NCBI GenBank assembly: GCA_035700625.1
Contig: DASSOM010000190.1
Span: forward strand, 1-48,184
Reading direction: 5' to 3'
Source of the DNA: Vicinamibacterales bacterium
Lineage (GTDB): Bacteria > Acidobacteriota > Vicinamibacteria > Vicinamibacterales > 2-12-FULL-66-21
DNA length: 48,184 bases
Part shown: in pieces, positions 37,600-48,000 of the stretch
Layout: every line of letters begins with the position of its first letter
Numbering within the stretch: position 1 is the first letter of the stretch
The notes under the pieces: model-generated
The model's input: only the letters and a program-made list of their open reading frames with translations
What the model was told of the DNA's origin: nothing
Databases searched by the model: none
Made by a program: the position numbers and the translations under genes

Positions 37600-38769
37600 A
37601 TGCGCGCGACGGCCCTGGCGTTGGCCGCCCTGCTGACCGCCGCACCCGTCCCGGATCTCCAGCCCTCCCAGGCGGCCCGTCTGCAGGCGTCGCTCCTGGC
37701 CTACAACCTGGATCACGACGAGGCGCTGCGGCGATTCCGCGAGCTGGTCGCGGCGAATCCGGACGACTCGGCCGCGCACCGGGCGCTTGCCTCGACGTTG
37801 TGGATGAACCTGCTCTTCCGTCGCGGCGCCGTGACGGTCGACTCGTACCTGGGCGGCTTCACGAAGCCGAAGGTGGACCTCGGGCAGCCGCCGCCGGAGG
37901 TCGCCGCCGAGTTCCGGCGCGAGATCACGCGCGCGATCGGGCTGGCGCAGGGGCGCGTCGACCGCAACCCGCGCGACGCCGAGGCACGCTACGAACTGGG
38001 GGCGGCGCTCGGCGTGGAGGCGTCGTATACGGCCACCATCGAAGGGCGGCTCCTTGCCGGCTTCAAGGCCGCCCGCCGCGCCTTCGACGAGCAGGAAGCC
38101 GTGCTGCGGCTCGATCCCGCGCGCGCCGACGCGGCGCTGATCGTCGGCACCTACCGCTACGTGGTCTCGACCCTGTCGTTCCCGATGCGCTGGATGGCGT
38201 ACGTCGCCGGCTTTGGGGGAGGCAAGGATCGCGGCATCCGCCTGATCGAGGAGGCGGCCGCGCGAGGCACCGAACTGAGAACCGACGCGCGGTTCGCCCT
38301 CGTATTGATCTACAACCGGGAAAGGCGGTACGACGAGGCTCTGGGCGTGCTTCGCGAGCTCGAGCGGACGCTGCCGCGGAACCGTCTGGTCAGGCTCGAA
38401 TCGGGCGCCACCGCGCTGCGCGCCGGTCGCGCGGCGGATGCGGAACGGATGCTGTCGGCCGGGTTCGCAATGTTCCAGCGGGACGATCGGCCGAAAATAC
38501 CTGGCGAGGCCGCGCTGTGGCAGTACAAGCTCGGCGCCGCCCGTGCCCGGCTCGGCCGGACGGATGCGGCGGCCGCGGACCTGAACGCAGCGCTCACGCA
38601 GAAGGACGCGCCGGCGTGGATTCTCGGCCGGACGCACGTCGAGCTCGCGAGGCTGGCCGCCGGCCGCGGCGACCGCGAGGCGGCGCGCCGCGAAGCGCGT
38701 CAGGCCGCGGTGCTGTGCGAGCAGGGAAACGACCCTGCGTGCGTCGACGCCGCGAAACGGATACGCTGA
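37600..38769 (+). CDS. Secreted all-helical TPR-like protein (possibly DUF3808/TTC39-like)
   Basis: 389-aa ORF with a signal-like N-terminus (MRATALALAALLTAAP). The block IVGTYRYVVSTLSFPMRWMAYVAGFGGGKDRGIRLIEEAA reminds me of the Iml2/TTC39 family. That family call is tentative. Confidence 0.65.
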   Translation: MRATALALAALLTAAPVPDLQPSQAARLQASLLAYNLDHDEALRRFRELVAANPDDSAAHRALASTLWMNLLFRRGAVTVDSYLGGFTKPKVDLGQPPPEVAAEFRREITRAIGLAQGRVDRNPRDAEARYELGAALGVEASYTATIEGRLLAGFKAARRAFDEQEAVLRLDPARADAALIVGTYRYVVSTLSFPMRWMAYVAGFGGGKDRGIRLIEEAAARGTELRTDARFALVLIYNRERRYDEALGVLRELERTLPRNRLVRLESGATALRAGRAADAERMLSAGFAMFQRDDRPKIPGEAALWQYKLGAARARLGRTDAAAADLNAALTQKDAPAWILGRTHVELARLAAGRGDREAARREARQAAVLCEQGNDPACVDAAKRIR

Positions 38770-38773
38770 CGCG

Positions 38774-39268
38774 ATGGCTAAGGTCAAAACGTGGGTCTGG
38801 GTCGTCGTCGGCGTGTTCGCCGTCTGCGTCCTGGGTGTGGTCGCCCTGGCGGCTGCCGGCATCTGGTTCGCGCGGTCGCACATCGACATCCAAAGCACGA
38901 CGCCGACGGCGGCGACCGACGACTTCCAGCGTGTGCGCGAGCGGTTCGCCGGCCAGCAGCCGCTCATCGAACTCGACGAGCGCGGCCACGTCGTCCGTGC
39001 GCATACCGATCGGCCGATGAGCGATCAGCGTCCGGAGTCGCTTCACGTGATGGCGTTCGATCCGGACGATGGCCGGATCGTGCGGTTGACGATCCCGTTC
39101 TGGCTGCTGCGGCTGAAGATGCGCGGCACGCGGATCGATGTCGGCGGCGACAACATCGACCTCGAGGACTTGAAGATGACGGTCGAAGACCTCGAGCGGT
39201 ACGGACCCACGCTCATCGTCGATCACAAGGGGGAGGATGGGGAGCATGTCCTCGTCTGGTCGCAGTAG
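38774..39268 (+). CDS. Membrane-anchored hypothetical protein (164 aa)
   Basis: The N-terminal TM segment is WVWVVVGVFAVCVLGVVALAAAGIW, followed by a soluble domain. The gene starts 4 nt after the upstream stop, so it is probably co-transcribed. I recognise no family. Confidence 0.6.
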   Translation: MAKVKTWVWVVVGVFAVCVLGVVALAAAGIWFARSHIDIQSTTPTAATDDFQRVRERFAGQQPLIELDERGHVVRAHTDRPMSDQRPESLHVMAFDPDDGRIVRLTIPFWLLRLKMRGTRIDVGGDNIDLEDLKMTVEDLERYGPTLIVDHKGEDGEHVLVWSQ

Positions 39269-39270
39269 CT

Positions 39271-39408
39271 GAATCCCGAATCCCTGATCACGAATCCCTC
39301 ATCCCTGATCGTCGAATCCCGGATCCCTATCCCGGATCCCTGATCGCGGATCCCCAATCCCGCATCCCGAATCTCGCATCCCGCATCCCGCATCCCGCGC
39401 CCCGGATC
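39271..39408 (-). repeat. Dispersed heptad-built element, copy B (ATCCC orientation)
   Basis: Reads gaatccc gaatccc tgatcac gaatccc tcatccc tgatcgtc gaatccc ggatccc ... gcatccc x3. It starts 2 nt after the stop of the 38774..39268 gene. Its reverse complement aligns to copies A and D. Confidence 0.9.
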
Positions 39409-39550
39409 GTGTCCTCGTCTGGTTTCAGCCGCTGTCCACGCGAACGAGCGTTGCCGTTTCCGGTTGAGCGAATTGCTCCGAAAAGTCAGCAATCGCGGCC
39501 GGAACTCATCTTGCTCGTGGGGCAGTGCAGCCGCGCCGAGGAGAGTTCCC

Positions 39551-39949
39551 ATGCGACACCTGTTCACGGCCGCCGCGTCGGCGGTGTTTACCATCGCGCT
39601 GGCCGCGCCGGCGGCGGCGCAGTTCAACGGCTGGATTCCGTCCGCCCGCCCGGGCTACGAGGATCAGTACCGGTCCTCGTACTACCAGGCCCGGCGCCTC
39701 GCGTACGACAACGGCTTCCGCGAGGGACTGGACGAAGGCCGCAAGGCCGCCCGCAAGCGTGATGCCTTCGAGCCGCGGCGTGAGAAGGACTACCGCAAGG
39801 CGACGAAGGGTTATCGCCGCGATTACGGCAACAAGGATCGGTACCGCGACGTGTTCCGTGCGGGGTTCCTCGATGGGTATCGGCAAGGGTACGGCCGCTT
39901 TAGCGATCGGCGGGAGTTTCGACGGTACCGTGGCTGGCCGAATCGCTGA
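39551..39949 (+). CDS. Small secreted, highly basic Arg/Tyr/Asp-rich protein (132 aa), unknown function
   Basis: Track ORF 39464..39949. Start moved to ATG 39551 (GAGGAGAG upstream; MRHLFTAAASAVFTIALAAPAAAQ is a signal peptide). The mature part has internally repeated GFREGLDEG / GFLDGYRQGYG motifs. Confidence 0.6.
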   Translation: MRHLFTAAASAVFTIALAAPAAAQFNGWIPSARPGYEDQYRSSYYQARRLAYDNGFREGLDEGRKAARKRDAFEPRREKDYRKATKGYRRDYGNKDRYRDVFRAGFLDGYRQGYGRFSDRREFRRYRGWPNR

Positions 39950-40154
39950 TCACGAATCCCTAGTCCCTGATCCATGGATCCCTGATCCGTATCCCGCATC
40001 GCTGATCGCGCATCACTGATCCCGCATCAGACTCGGGATAGAGAGGATCGGAGATTCGGGATCCGCGATCAGGGATCCGGGATCAGCGATCCGGGATACG
40101 GATCAGGGATTCGACGATGAGGGATGAGGGATTCGTGATCGGGGATTCGGGATT
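39945..40154. repeat. Copies C (ATCCC orientation, 39945-40028) and D (GGGAT orientation, 40034-40154) of the heptad element, forming an imperfect palindrome of about 210 bp
   Basis: Copy C begins at the stop codon of the plus-strand gene. Copy D ends 6 nt before the stop codon of the minus-strand MscS gene. The reverse complement of D (aatcccgaatccccgatcacgaatccctcatccctcatcgtcgaatccc...) nearly matches copy B. The pair fills the whole convergent intergenic gap and could act as a bidirectional terminator. Confidence 0.88.
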
Positions 40155-40160
40155 AAAGAT

Positions 40161-41603
40161 TCAGATCCGGAGGCGAAGGAACCGCTTCATCCTCGCCACG
40201 AGACTATTCGTCTCGAGTGCAACCCCACTCCCCGCCGCCGCGCGGACCTGGTCGAGCTCCGCGCGGCGCGCAGCCGCCGCGACGCCAATCCGCTCGACGG
40301 CGGCCGCGTCGCCCGCGCCGAGCTCCCGGAACAAGTCGGCCCCGAGTTCGATGACGGCGACGTCGCCGCGAGCCACCACCGTCGCGGACCGCGGCTCCCC
40401 CGTCAACAGCGACATCTCCCCGAAATAGCCGCCGGCGTCGATCTCGGCCACCTGGCGCCCATCCGGTTCGACGACCACCGCCACCTTGCCGCTGCACAGC
40501 ACGAACATCGACTCGCCGGGTTCTCCCTGGCGCACGAGCGCTTCACCGTTGCCGAACGTCCGCATGGTGGTCGCCGCGGCAATCGCGGCGCGCTGCTCCG
40601 TCGTCAAACCCGCGAACAGGTCGATGCGTGCGAGCGCCGCTTCGCGCTCGAGGCGTCTGGTGTTGTCGTCCGGCTCCGGCCACTCGCGCGAATAGCCGAC
40701 CTCGATCGGCCACGGAATCTCGATGTTGTGGCGCGCGAACACGTAGTAGATTGCCGTGCGCACCTCGTCGCGCGCCTCGTCGTCGAACTCGTAGTCGGCG
40801 ACCCAGAAGCGCGCTTGATAGTTAATCGCCGACCCGTCGAACGAGAGCAGCAGCGCATCGGGCGCCGGCGACGCCAGGGCGCGCGGCACCTGGCGAATCG
40901 CCTCGAGAATCGCGGCCTTGACCGTGTTGGGCGGCACGAGGTAGCTCGCGCCGACCTCCACCGTCAACCGCGTGGGAATCACCGGCTCCGAGTAGTTGGT
41001 GACCGGTTCCTTCGCGACGAAGTTGTTGGGCAGGATGATGAAGGTGTTCGCGCGCGTGCGCAGCTTCGTCGCGCGCCAGGTCACTTCCGTGACCTGCCCT
41101 TCCAGATCGCCGACGCGGATCCACTGGCCGACGTGGAACGGCTTCTCGCTCTGCAGCGCGAGGCCGGCGAACGCATTGCCGAGCGTGTCCTGGAGCGCGA
41201 AGCCGAGCACCACGGCGCTGACCGCGGACGTCGTGACCAGCTCCTCGCTGAGGAACATCGCCGCCACGAGGACGCCGCCGATGACGAAGGCGTCCTGCAG
41301 GATCGCGGGGAACCGGTCCGGAACGCGGTTCTCGCGCAGCGGGTTGATGACGGTGATGACGACGAGATTGATGAGCGCGGCGGCGAGCGCGAGCGCTTCG
41401 AAGTCGCGGAGGTGCGCTTCCGCCCCCGCGGTGGCCGCGGGACGCAGCAGCACGAACAGGTTGACGGCAATGTAGCCGGCGAGCAGGACGAACGAGAGGC
41501 GCAGCTTGCGCCTCACGAGCCGGTTCGTGCTGATGCTGAAGACGCCGAACGTGACGGCCAGCGCCGTCACGCCCAGCATCAGATGCCCGGGGTAGTGCGG
41601 CAT
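40161..41603 (-). CDS. MscS-family mechanosensitive channel with C-terminal cyclic-nucleotide-binding domain (bCNG-type)
   Basis: 480-aa ORF. After the N-terminal TM helices comes the MscS core, LGNAFAGLALQSEKPFHVGQWIRVGDLEGQVTEVTWRATKLRTRANTFIILPNN. The CNB domain is FAGLTTEQRAAIAAA...GEALVRQGEPGESMFVLCSGKV...GGYFGEMSLLTGEPRSATVVA. Confidence 0.9.
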   Translation of the reverse strand: MPHYPGHLMLGVTALAVTFGVFSISTNRLVRRKLRLSFVLLAGYIAVNLFVLLRPAATAGAEAHLRDFEALALAAALINLVVITVINPLRENRVPDRFPAILQDAFVIGGVLVAAMFLSEELVTTSAVSAVVLGFALQDTLGNAFAGLALQSEKPFHVGQWIRVGDLEGQVTEVTWRATKLRTRANTFIILPNNFVAKEPVTNYSEPVIPTRLTVEVGASYLVPPNTVKAAILEAIRQVPRALASPAPDALLLSFDGSAINYQARFWVADYEFDDEARDEVRTAIYYVFARHNIEIPWPIEVGYSREWPEPDDNTRRLEREAALARIDLFAGLTTEQRAAIAAATTMRTFGNGEALVRQGEPGESMFVLCSGKVAVVVEPDGRQVAEIDAGGYFGEMSLLTGEPRSATVVARGDVAVIELGADLFRELGAGDAAAVERIGVAAAARRAELDQVRAAAGSGVALETNSLVARMKRFLRLRI

Positions 41604-41610
41604 CCGGGGC

Positions 41611-42762
41611 TCAGCCCGCGATCCCTTTCCGGAACGTTTCGAGTTCCGCCGGCGTGATCGTCACCTGAACGGCGTTCTTGTTCGCGCCGCCGGTTGCCAG
41701 CGTGTCCGGGCCGATGGCGCGACCGCCGGCCGACGCCACCGTCTGCGACGACTGCGCCTGCTGTCCGCTCGACAGGCCGAACTTGCCGAGGAGACCACCC
41801 TTCTTCTTCGGCTCCGCGGGTTTTTCCTCTTTTCCATCCGTCTTCTCGGCGGCCGACGAGCCGCCGCCCGCGAGGCCTCGCGATCCGGGCGCGACCGTCG
41901 CGATGTCCGTCACCGGCTTCGCCTCGAACGTGATGTGTTCCTTGTAGCGGGCGGCGACGGTCGCCGTCGCATGCAGCTTCTCCTGCGCGATCAGCTTCGT
42001 GAGCGCGTCGATTCTGGCCTTCGTGTCGGGATGAGAGGCGAACAGCCCGTTCGGCGCGTCGCTGCCCTTGTTGCGATCCGAGAGCAGCGTCAGCGCCTCC
42101 ACCAGCCCGGACGGCGCGTAGCCGACCTGATTCGCGAGCCGCACGCCGACCTTGTCCGATTCCATCTCGTCGCCGCGGTCGAACTGGTTCTCGAGCACCA
42201 TGTGGTACGCCTGCTCGGCGATCCGGCTGACGATCTCGGACGTCAGCGTTCCGGTCCGCGACTGCTCGGCGCCGAGCGACACCACTTTGCTCTTTTGAAT
42301 CGCATGGACGGTGTGCTTCGCGGTGACGTGCGTGATCTCGTGGCCGAGCACACCCGCCAGCTGCGCTTCGTTCTGCATCAGGCCGAGCAGCCCGCGTGTG
42401 ACGTGCACGATGCCGCCGGGCGCGGCGAACGCGTTGACGCCGTCCGTGTCGAGCACGATGAACGTCCAGTTCAGGTTCGGGCGCGAGCTGGCCTGCGCGA
42501 GCACCGTCCCGACGATCGCCACGTACTTCGTGACCTCGGCATCCTGATACACGCCGAAGGTGTCGCGAAGACGGCGGCTGACGTCCTCGCCGATCTTCCG
42601 CTCATCCTGTTCGGAGATGTTGAGGTCCGCGACCTTCTTCGCCGCGTCCTCAGCTTTCTTGGCCTTGCCGAGAATGCCGCTCAGCTGCGCGGACGCTGGT
42701 GCGGCGAGCACGAGCGTCATGACGCACGACAGGACGAACGCCGCTGGAGTCGATCTGGTCAT
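41611..42762 (-). CDS. Secreted M48 family zinc metallopeptidase
   Basis: 383-aa ORF with a signal peptide (VLSCVMTLVLAAPASAQ). The HExxH motif occurs in VLGHEITHV, and NAFAAPGGIVHVTRGLL is also present. The C-terminus is low-complexity and Gly/Lys-rich. The start overlaps the upstream cyclase stop (ATGA). Confidence 0.88.
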   Translation of the reverse strand: MTRSTPAAFVLSCVMTLVLAAPASAQLSGILGKAKKAEDAAKKVADLNISEQDERKIGEDVSRRLRDTFGVYQDAEVTKYVAIVGTVLAQASSRPNLNWTFIVLDTDGVNAFAAPGGIVHVTRGLLGLMQNEAQLAGVLGHEITHVTAKHTVHAIQKSKVVSLGAEQSRTGTLTSEIVSRIAEQAYHMVLENQFDRGDEMESDKVGVRLANQVGYAPSGLVEALTLLSDRNKGSDAPNGLFASHPDTKARIDALTKLIAQEKLHATATVAARYKEHITFEAKPVTDIATVAPGSRGLAGGGSSAAEKTDGKEEKPAEPKKKGGLLGKFGLSSGQQAQSSQTVASAGGRAIGPDTLATGGANKNAVQVTITPAELETFRKGIAG

Positions 42763-44810
42763 AGGGCCTGTTCCTCCCGGCTCTGGATCGGCGACGGCAC
42801 ACGAACCTCGAAAATGGCCACCGGCTTCGTTTTACCCTTCACGACGACGTCGCCGAGGGGCCGGGTGTCGAACGCGCCGGTCAGGCGCGTCCGGGTTGCG
42901 TCGCTAATGATAATGCGGGTCCGGTATTCCTTGTTCAGGGATTCCAGCCGGGACCCGAGGTTCACGTTGTCGCCGATCACCGTGTAGCTCATGATCGACG
43001 AGGACCCGATGTTGCCGGCGATCATGTCCCCCGAGTTCACGCCGATGCCGATATCGAGCCGGGCCTTCCCTTCCGCGGCCCAGCGTGCATTGAGGACGGC
43101 CAGCTCGCCAACCATGTCCACCGCCGTCCGCACCGCGTGCTCGGCGTGGTCCGGATCGTCCACCGGCGCGCCGAACAGCGCCATCACCATGTCGCCGACG
43201 AACTTGTCGACGGTGCCGCCGTGGCGGAAGACGACCTCGACCATCTTCGAGAAGTACTCGTTCAACTGGCTGACGATCTCCTCGGGGTTGCCGCGCTCGG
43301 TCACGCTCGTGAACCCGCGGATATCCGAGAAGAGGACGCTCATGTCGCGCCGCGTGCCGCCGAGCTCGGCCATCTCAGGATGCGCGATCAGCTGCGCGTG
43401 CACGTCCTTCGACACGTACCGGCCGAACAGCCGCGACACGACGCGCTTCTCGCGTCCTTCGACGAAGTACTGATAGGCCGTCCCCGCGAACAGCGCGATC
43501 GCGGCTGCGGCGAGCGGCTGCGCGAGATTCAGCCACAGCCCGCCGCGGAACGCACCGATCGTCAACCACGTCCATCCCCCGGCGATCGCGGCGGCCGACA
43601 CGCCTGCCGCCGCAAAGGGCAGGAACGCCGACAGCAGTCCCACGCCCGCCGCGGCAATCGCGACCGCGGCCACGCGCGACGCGTTCGACGCGGGACGGAT
43701 GAAGCGTCCCGACAGGACGCTGTCGGTCATGCTCGCGTGGAGTTGAATCCCCGGCATCGTCCCGCGCGGCCCGAACGGCGTGGGGAACACGTCCATCAAC
43801 CCGGACGCCGTCAGCCCGACGAAGACGATCTTGTTCTTGAAGACGGCGGGATCCACCAGCGGTTTCTCGCCCGCGAGGATCTGCTGCTCCGAGAACAGCA
43901 GGTGCCGCAGCTCGTACGACGGATACGGGCGCTTGCCGTCCACGAGCGCCGGCGCCCGATAGTTCACCAGCATCGTCCACTGCTGATGCGTCTTCGACGC
44001 GTCGTACGCGCTGCGCACCGTCACCGGCACGAGCGGAATACGGCGGCTCCCCGCGACGATGGCGTCGCCGTCCAGCGTCACGTCGCGCGGCGCGATGCCG
44101 GCAGCACGCAGTGCCACGGCCAGGCCCAGCGACGGCAATGCGTGCTGCCCCTGACGGATGAAGGGCGCCATGCGCCGCGCCGGGCCGTCCGGATCGAGCG
44201 CGAGAAAGTTGTGGCCGAGCCCGGCGGCGGCGTCCGTCAAGGCCGGCACCGGCGGGAGGACGACCGGCCGTTCTTCGATCGCCGGACCGAGGCGATATCC
44301 GGGATCGCGCCAGGCCGGTGCAGACGAGGACTGCGTGCCGTTCGTCACCCCTTCGTTCACGGCGTCCGCGAGCAGGATCACGTTGCCCGATGCCTTCACC
44401 GAATCGGCGAGTGCCTGATCGCTTTCCGCTCCACTGATCGTCTGGCCGTTGAGGTCGTACTGCTGCACGACGTCCGGTTCGGTGAACAGCAGGTCGAGTG
44501 CGACGACGCGCGCGGGGGCGCGCTGAAGATAGTCGAGCAGGATCGAAAAGGCGACGCGCGGCCAGGGCCAGTGACCCAGCACCGGCGCGAGATCGCGAAT
44601 CGTCGTGTCGTTGATCTCGACGAGGACGATGTCCCGGTTGACCGACGCGGGATTGGCGGCGAGGCGAACGCGCCAGTCGTACGCCTTCAGTTCGGCGGTC
44701 TCGAAGGCGCCCGCTGCCGCCAGCAGCAGCACGAGCGCGGCGGTTCCGCCCCCGAGCGCCAGGCCGGCCAGGAGCTTGCGCCCCGCGCGCCGGCGTTCGT
44801 CCCTGGTCAT
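42759..44810 (-). CDS. CHASE2 sensor domain - class III adenylate/guanylate cyclase
   Basis: Track ORF 42759..44945. Start moved to ATG 44810 (MTRDERRRAGRKLLAGLALGG). The CHASE2-like extracytoplasmic region is AYDWRVRL...IVLVEINDTTI...WPWPRVAFSILLDYL...VVALDLLFTEPD. After the TM cluster the cyclase domain is MSVLFSDIRGFTS...DKFVGDMVMALFGAP...VNSGDMIAGNIGS...YTVIGDNVNLGSRLES. Confidence 0.9.
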   Translation of the reverse strand: MTRDERRRAGRKLLAGLALGGGTAALVLLLAAAGAFETAELKAYDWRVRLAANPASVNRDIVLVEINDTTIRDLAPVLGHWPWPRVAFSILLDYLQRAPARVVALDLLFTEPDVVQQYDLNGQTISGAESDQALADSVKASGNVILLADAVNEGVTNGTQSSSAPAWRDPGYRLGPAIEERPVVLPPVPALTDAAAGLGHNFLALDPDGPARRMAPFIRQGQHALPSLGLAVALRAAGIAPRDVTLDGDAIVAGSRRIPLVPVTVRSAYDASKTHQQWTMLVNYRAPALVDGKRPYPSYELRHLLFSEQQILAGEKPLVDPAVFKNKIVFVGLTASGLMDVFPTPFGPRGTMPGIQLHASMTDSVLSGRFIRPASNASRVAAVAIAAAGVGLLSAFLPFAAAGVSAAAIAGGWTWLTIGAFRGGLWLNLAQPLAAAAIALFAGTAYQYFVEGREKRVVSRLFGRYVSKDVHAQLIAHPEMAELGGTRRDMSVLFSDIRGFTSVTERGNPEEIVSQLNEYFSKMVEVVFRHGGTVDKFVGDMVMALFGAPVDDPDHAEHAVRTAVDMVGELAVLNARWAAEGKARLDIGIGVNSGDMIAGNIGSSSIMSYTVIGDNVNLGSRLESLNKEYRTRIIISDATRTRLTGAFDTRPLGDVVVKGKTKPVAIFEVRVPSPIQSREEQAL

Positions 44811-45049
44811 GTGAGCCCACAGGATAGCGCAGGCCGTACATCCAGACAGCGCGCGTCCAGCGGATGTGCTAAGCTCCCCCGCGCGCCTGGGCCCTTCTGG
44901 GTCCGCGAGCCGCTCCCCAGTATGCCCCCCGGCTTGCGTCGGCACGGCGGCATGAGGGCCTGTCCCTCGCCACGCGGCTGTTCCCTCGCCTGCGCCCCGG
45001 CCACACCTCCTTCGAGTTGCCGCGCCTTCTGACAGGCCGTCAGGATCCC

Positions 45050-48000
45050 ATGCCTCCCGATCTGTCGACGAAGCTGGTCTCGCTGGCGCAGCTGATGGCG
45101 TATGCGGCGGAAGCCGACGGACGCGTCACGCCCGAAGAGTTGTCGACGCTCCACGAATTCCTCGGACGCCAGTACTCCGGAACCGCGCGGTCCGAGTTCT
45201 TCGACCTGTTCAGGCAGGCGCTCCGGAACCGTCCGGATATCGAGCGGATCGTCCAGGCGATCCACGAGGGCCTGCCTGACTACCTGGAGCGCCTGGACGT
45301 CTACGCGACGATCCAGACGCTGCTTGCGGCAACCGGGATGACCCCGGAGGAATCGTACGGGCTCGGCAAGGTCGCATCGCTCCTCGACATCGAGCCGGCG
45401 GACGCGGATCTCCTGGCCAACGTCACCGCGCCGGTCCCCGAGTTCCGGTACCCCTCGAACCGCGAGCGGTTGCTGCGCATCGGCGCGGACGTGCCTGACG
45501 GCTTCGCCGCCGCACGGGATCTGCGCGTGACGGCGCTGTCGCTGGCGGGAACCTTCGCCCTGGCGAGCGAACGCGTCGAACTGTTCGTGGACGGCGTCGG
45601 ACATCCGCCGGGAGACATCGTGTTCCTGCGCCCCGGCGATCAGGTGTGGACCTCTGGCACCTCGATCGGATTTGCCGATGTGTCGCGGCTGTTCGACCTG
45701 GCGAAGAAGCGCGTGATCCACGTCTGCCGGCTCGCGGTCGACGGCGCGCGGCTGATCGCCGTCGGGGAGACCGGCGCGTGCGCGTTCGAACTGCGCATCC
45801 AGGACACCGGACTGTTGTTCGTGAGGCGCGATGGGAAGGCGCCCGTGCGGCTGAACGGCGAACCTGTCGACTCCGGCGTGGTTCTTCTGCCGGCTGATGT
45901 GCTGCACTTCGGGTCCGGCGAGGTGCGCGTGTCGCAGATCCTCGACTCGCTCGACCGCGCGGCGTGGCCGCTGACCGAGTCGGCAGAGGCCTCCTTCAAA
46001 TACGTCATCTCCGATCGACCCGGCGTCGCGGCCAGCGTCGTCGCCGACGTCGGCGGACCGGTGTCGATCACCATTGCCGAATCCGGCGACAGCGCGGCCC
46101 CCTTGACCGTCGCCTGCGATGAATGCCAGACGGACGTGCCGGTCAGCCTTGCGGATGCGCCCGTGGTCCCCGGAACGCTCGTGCCGCTCTCGTCGAACGC
46201 GGTGCTTCGCATCGGCCATCACTGGTTCGCGATCGATCCGCACACGCTGAAAGTGGAGTACTCGAAACGCGTCGTCGAGCGGTTCGAGGCGCGCGACGTG
46301 CGCTACCGGTTCCGGAACGCCGTCGGGCTGGACGGCATCAGCCTGACGGCGCGATCCGGCGAGCTGGTGGGCATCATGGGCGGCAGCGGCGCGGGCAAGT
46401 CCACGCTGCTCGGCGTGCTGCTCGGCATCCTGGAGCCCCACGAGGGAGCGGTCCTGCTGAACGGCGAGGACCTGCGCGGCCAGCTGCGCCGCTGCCGCTC
46501 GATCCTCGGCTACGTCCCTCAGGACGACCTGGTCATGGACAGCCTCACCGTCGAGGAGAACCTGCTGTATGCCGGGCGGATTCGCCTCCCGGGTCTGCCC
46601 GACGCGGAGCTTCAGCAGCGAGTCGCGCGCGTCCTCCGCGACATCGGGTTATTCGAGCGAAGGCATCTGCGCGTCGGCAATCCCGTCGAGAAAGTGCTGT
46701 CGGGCGGCCAGCGGAAGCGTCTGAACATCGGGATCGAGCTGCTCGCGGATCCGGAGCTGTTCTTTCTGGACGAACCCACGTCGGGGCTTTCGTCGCAGGA
46801 CTCGACGACCATCATGGGACTGCTGCGGCAGCTGACGCACCGCGGCAAGCTCGTGTTCGTCGTCATTCATCAGCCGAGCTCTGACATCTACAAGATGTTC
46901 GACCAGGTGCTGATCCTCGATACCGGCGGCGTGCTCGTCTGGTACGGGCCGGCGCGCGACGCGGTGGGGCACTTCAAGGCGTTCCTGCCGCACCATCGCG
47001 ATTTCGTCGAGTGTCCGGCGTGCGGCTCCATCAACCCCGAGACCATCCTCAACGCGATCGAGCAGCCCCCGTCGGTGCTGCGGACGCCGGCGGACGCGCC
47101 GACGAGGAAGTTCGATCCGCAGTTCTGGAGGAACGCCTACGTCCTCAGGCAGCGGACAGAGCCGGCCGAGGCGGGGCCGCCGCTGCTGCTGCCGCGGGCG
47201 CCGTCCGCGGGACTCCGCGGCAACGTTCGCGCGCTGCGCGCGTCGATCGCGCGGGCCTTCGTGGATCGCGCCCGGAACCGCACGAACATCGTCATGAGCG
47301 TCGCCGCCCCGTTGTTGCTGGCGCTGGTGATGGCCGCCATGCTGCGCGGCCCCGATGAGCCGTACACCTACTCCGGCAACACCGCGCTCGGGAAGTTCTT
47401 CTTCCTCTCGACGATCGTGTTCGTCTTCTTCGGCTTGATGGGCAGCGTCAACGAAGTGATTCGCGAGGTGGCGCTGATCCGCCGCGAGCGCGTCGCCGGC
47501 TTCAAGCCGAGGCAGTACATCGCCGCCAAGACGGTGGCGTTCCTGCCGTTCGCGCTGCTGCAGGTGGGCATCTACACCGTCATCGCCAGCCTCGTGCTGC
47601 AGTTTCCCTATCGCGCGCCGGGCTACAGCCCCGTGCAGCCGGTCGTACCGTTCCCCTGGTACTTCGCCCTCGTGCTGTTCCTCACCGGGCAGGCCGCGTT
47701 CGCGCTCGGGCTGCTGCTCTCCTCGTGCCTTCGCACCCAGGCCGCGGCGTTCAACTGGATTCCACTCGTCATCGTTCCGCAGATTCTGCTCGGCGGCGTG
47801 TTCGTCCAGTTCTCGGAGATGCCGACGCTGGTGAACCGCGTCGTTCCCGAGTATGCGGAGCTGGCATTTTCGCGGTGGGGCTACGAGGCGCTGCTGGCGG
47901 GCGAAAAGAATTTCAATCCGTCCGATCACTTCAACGCCGACGCGATCCTCGCGCTGCAGGCCTCGCACCTCGCGCGCGGCGAGCGCTTCGACATGAACGC

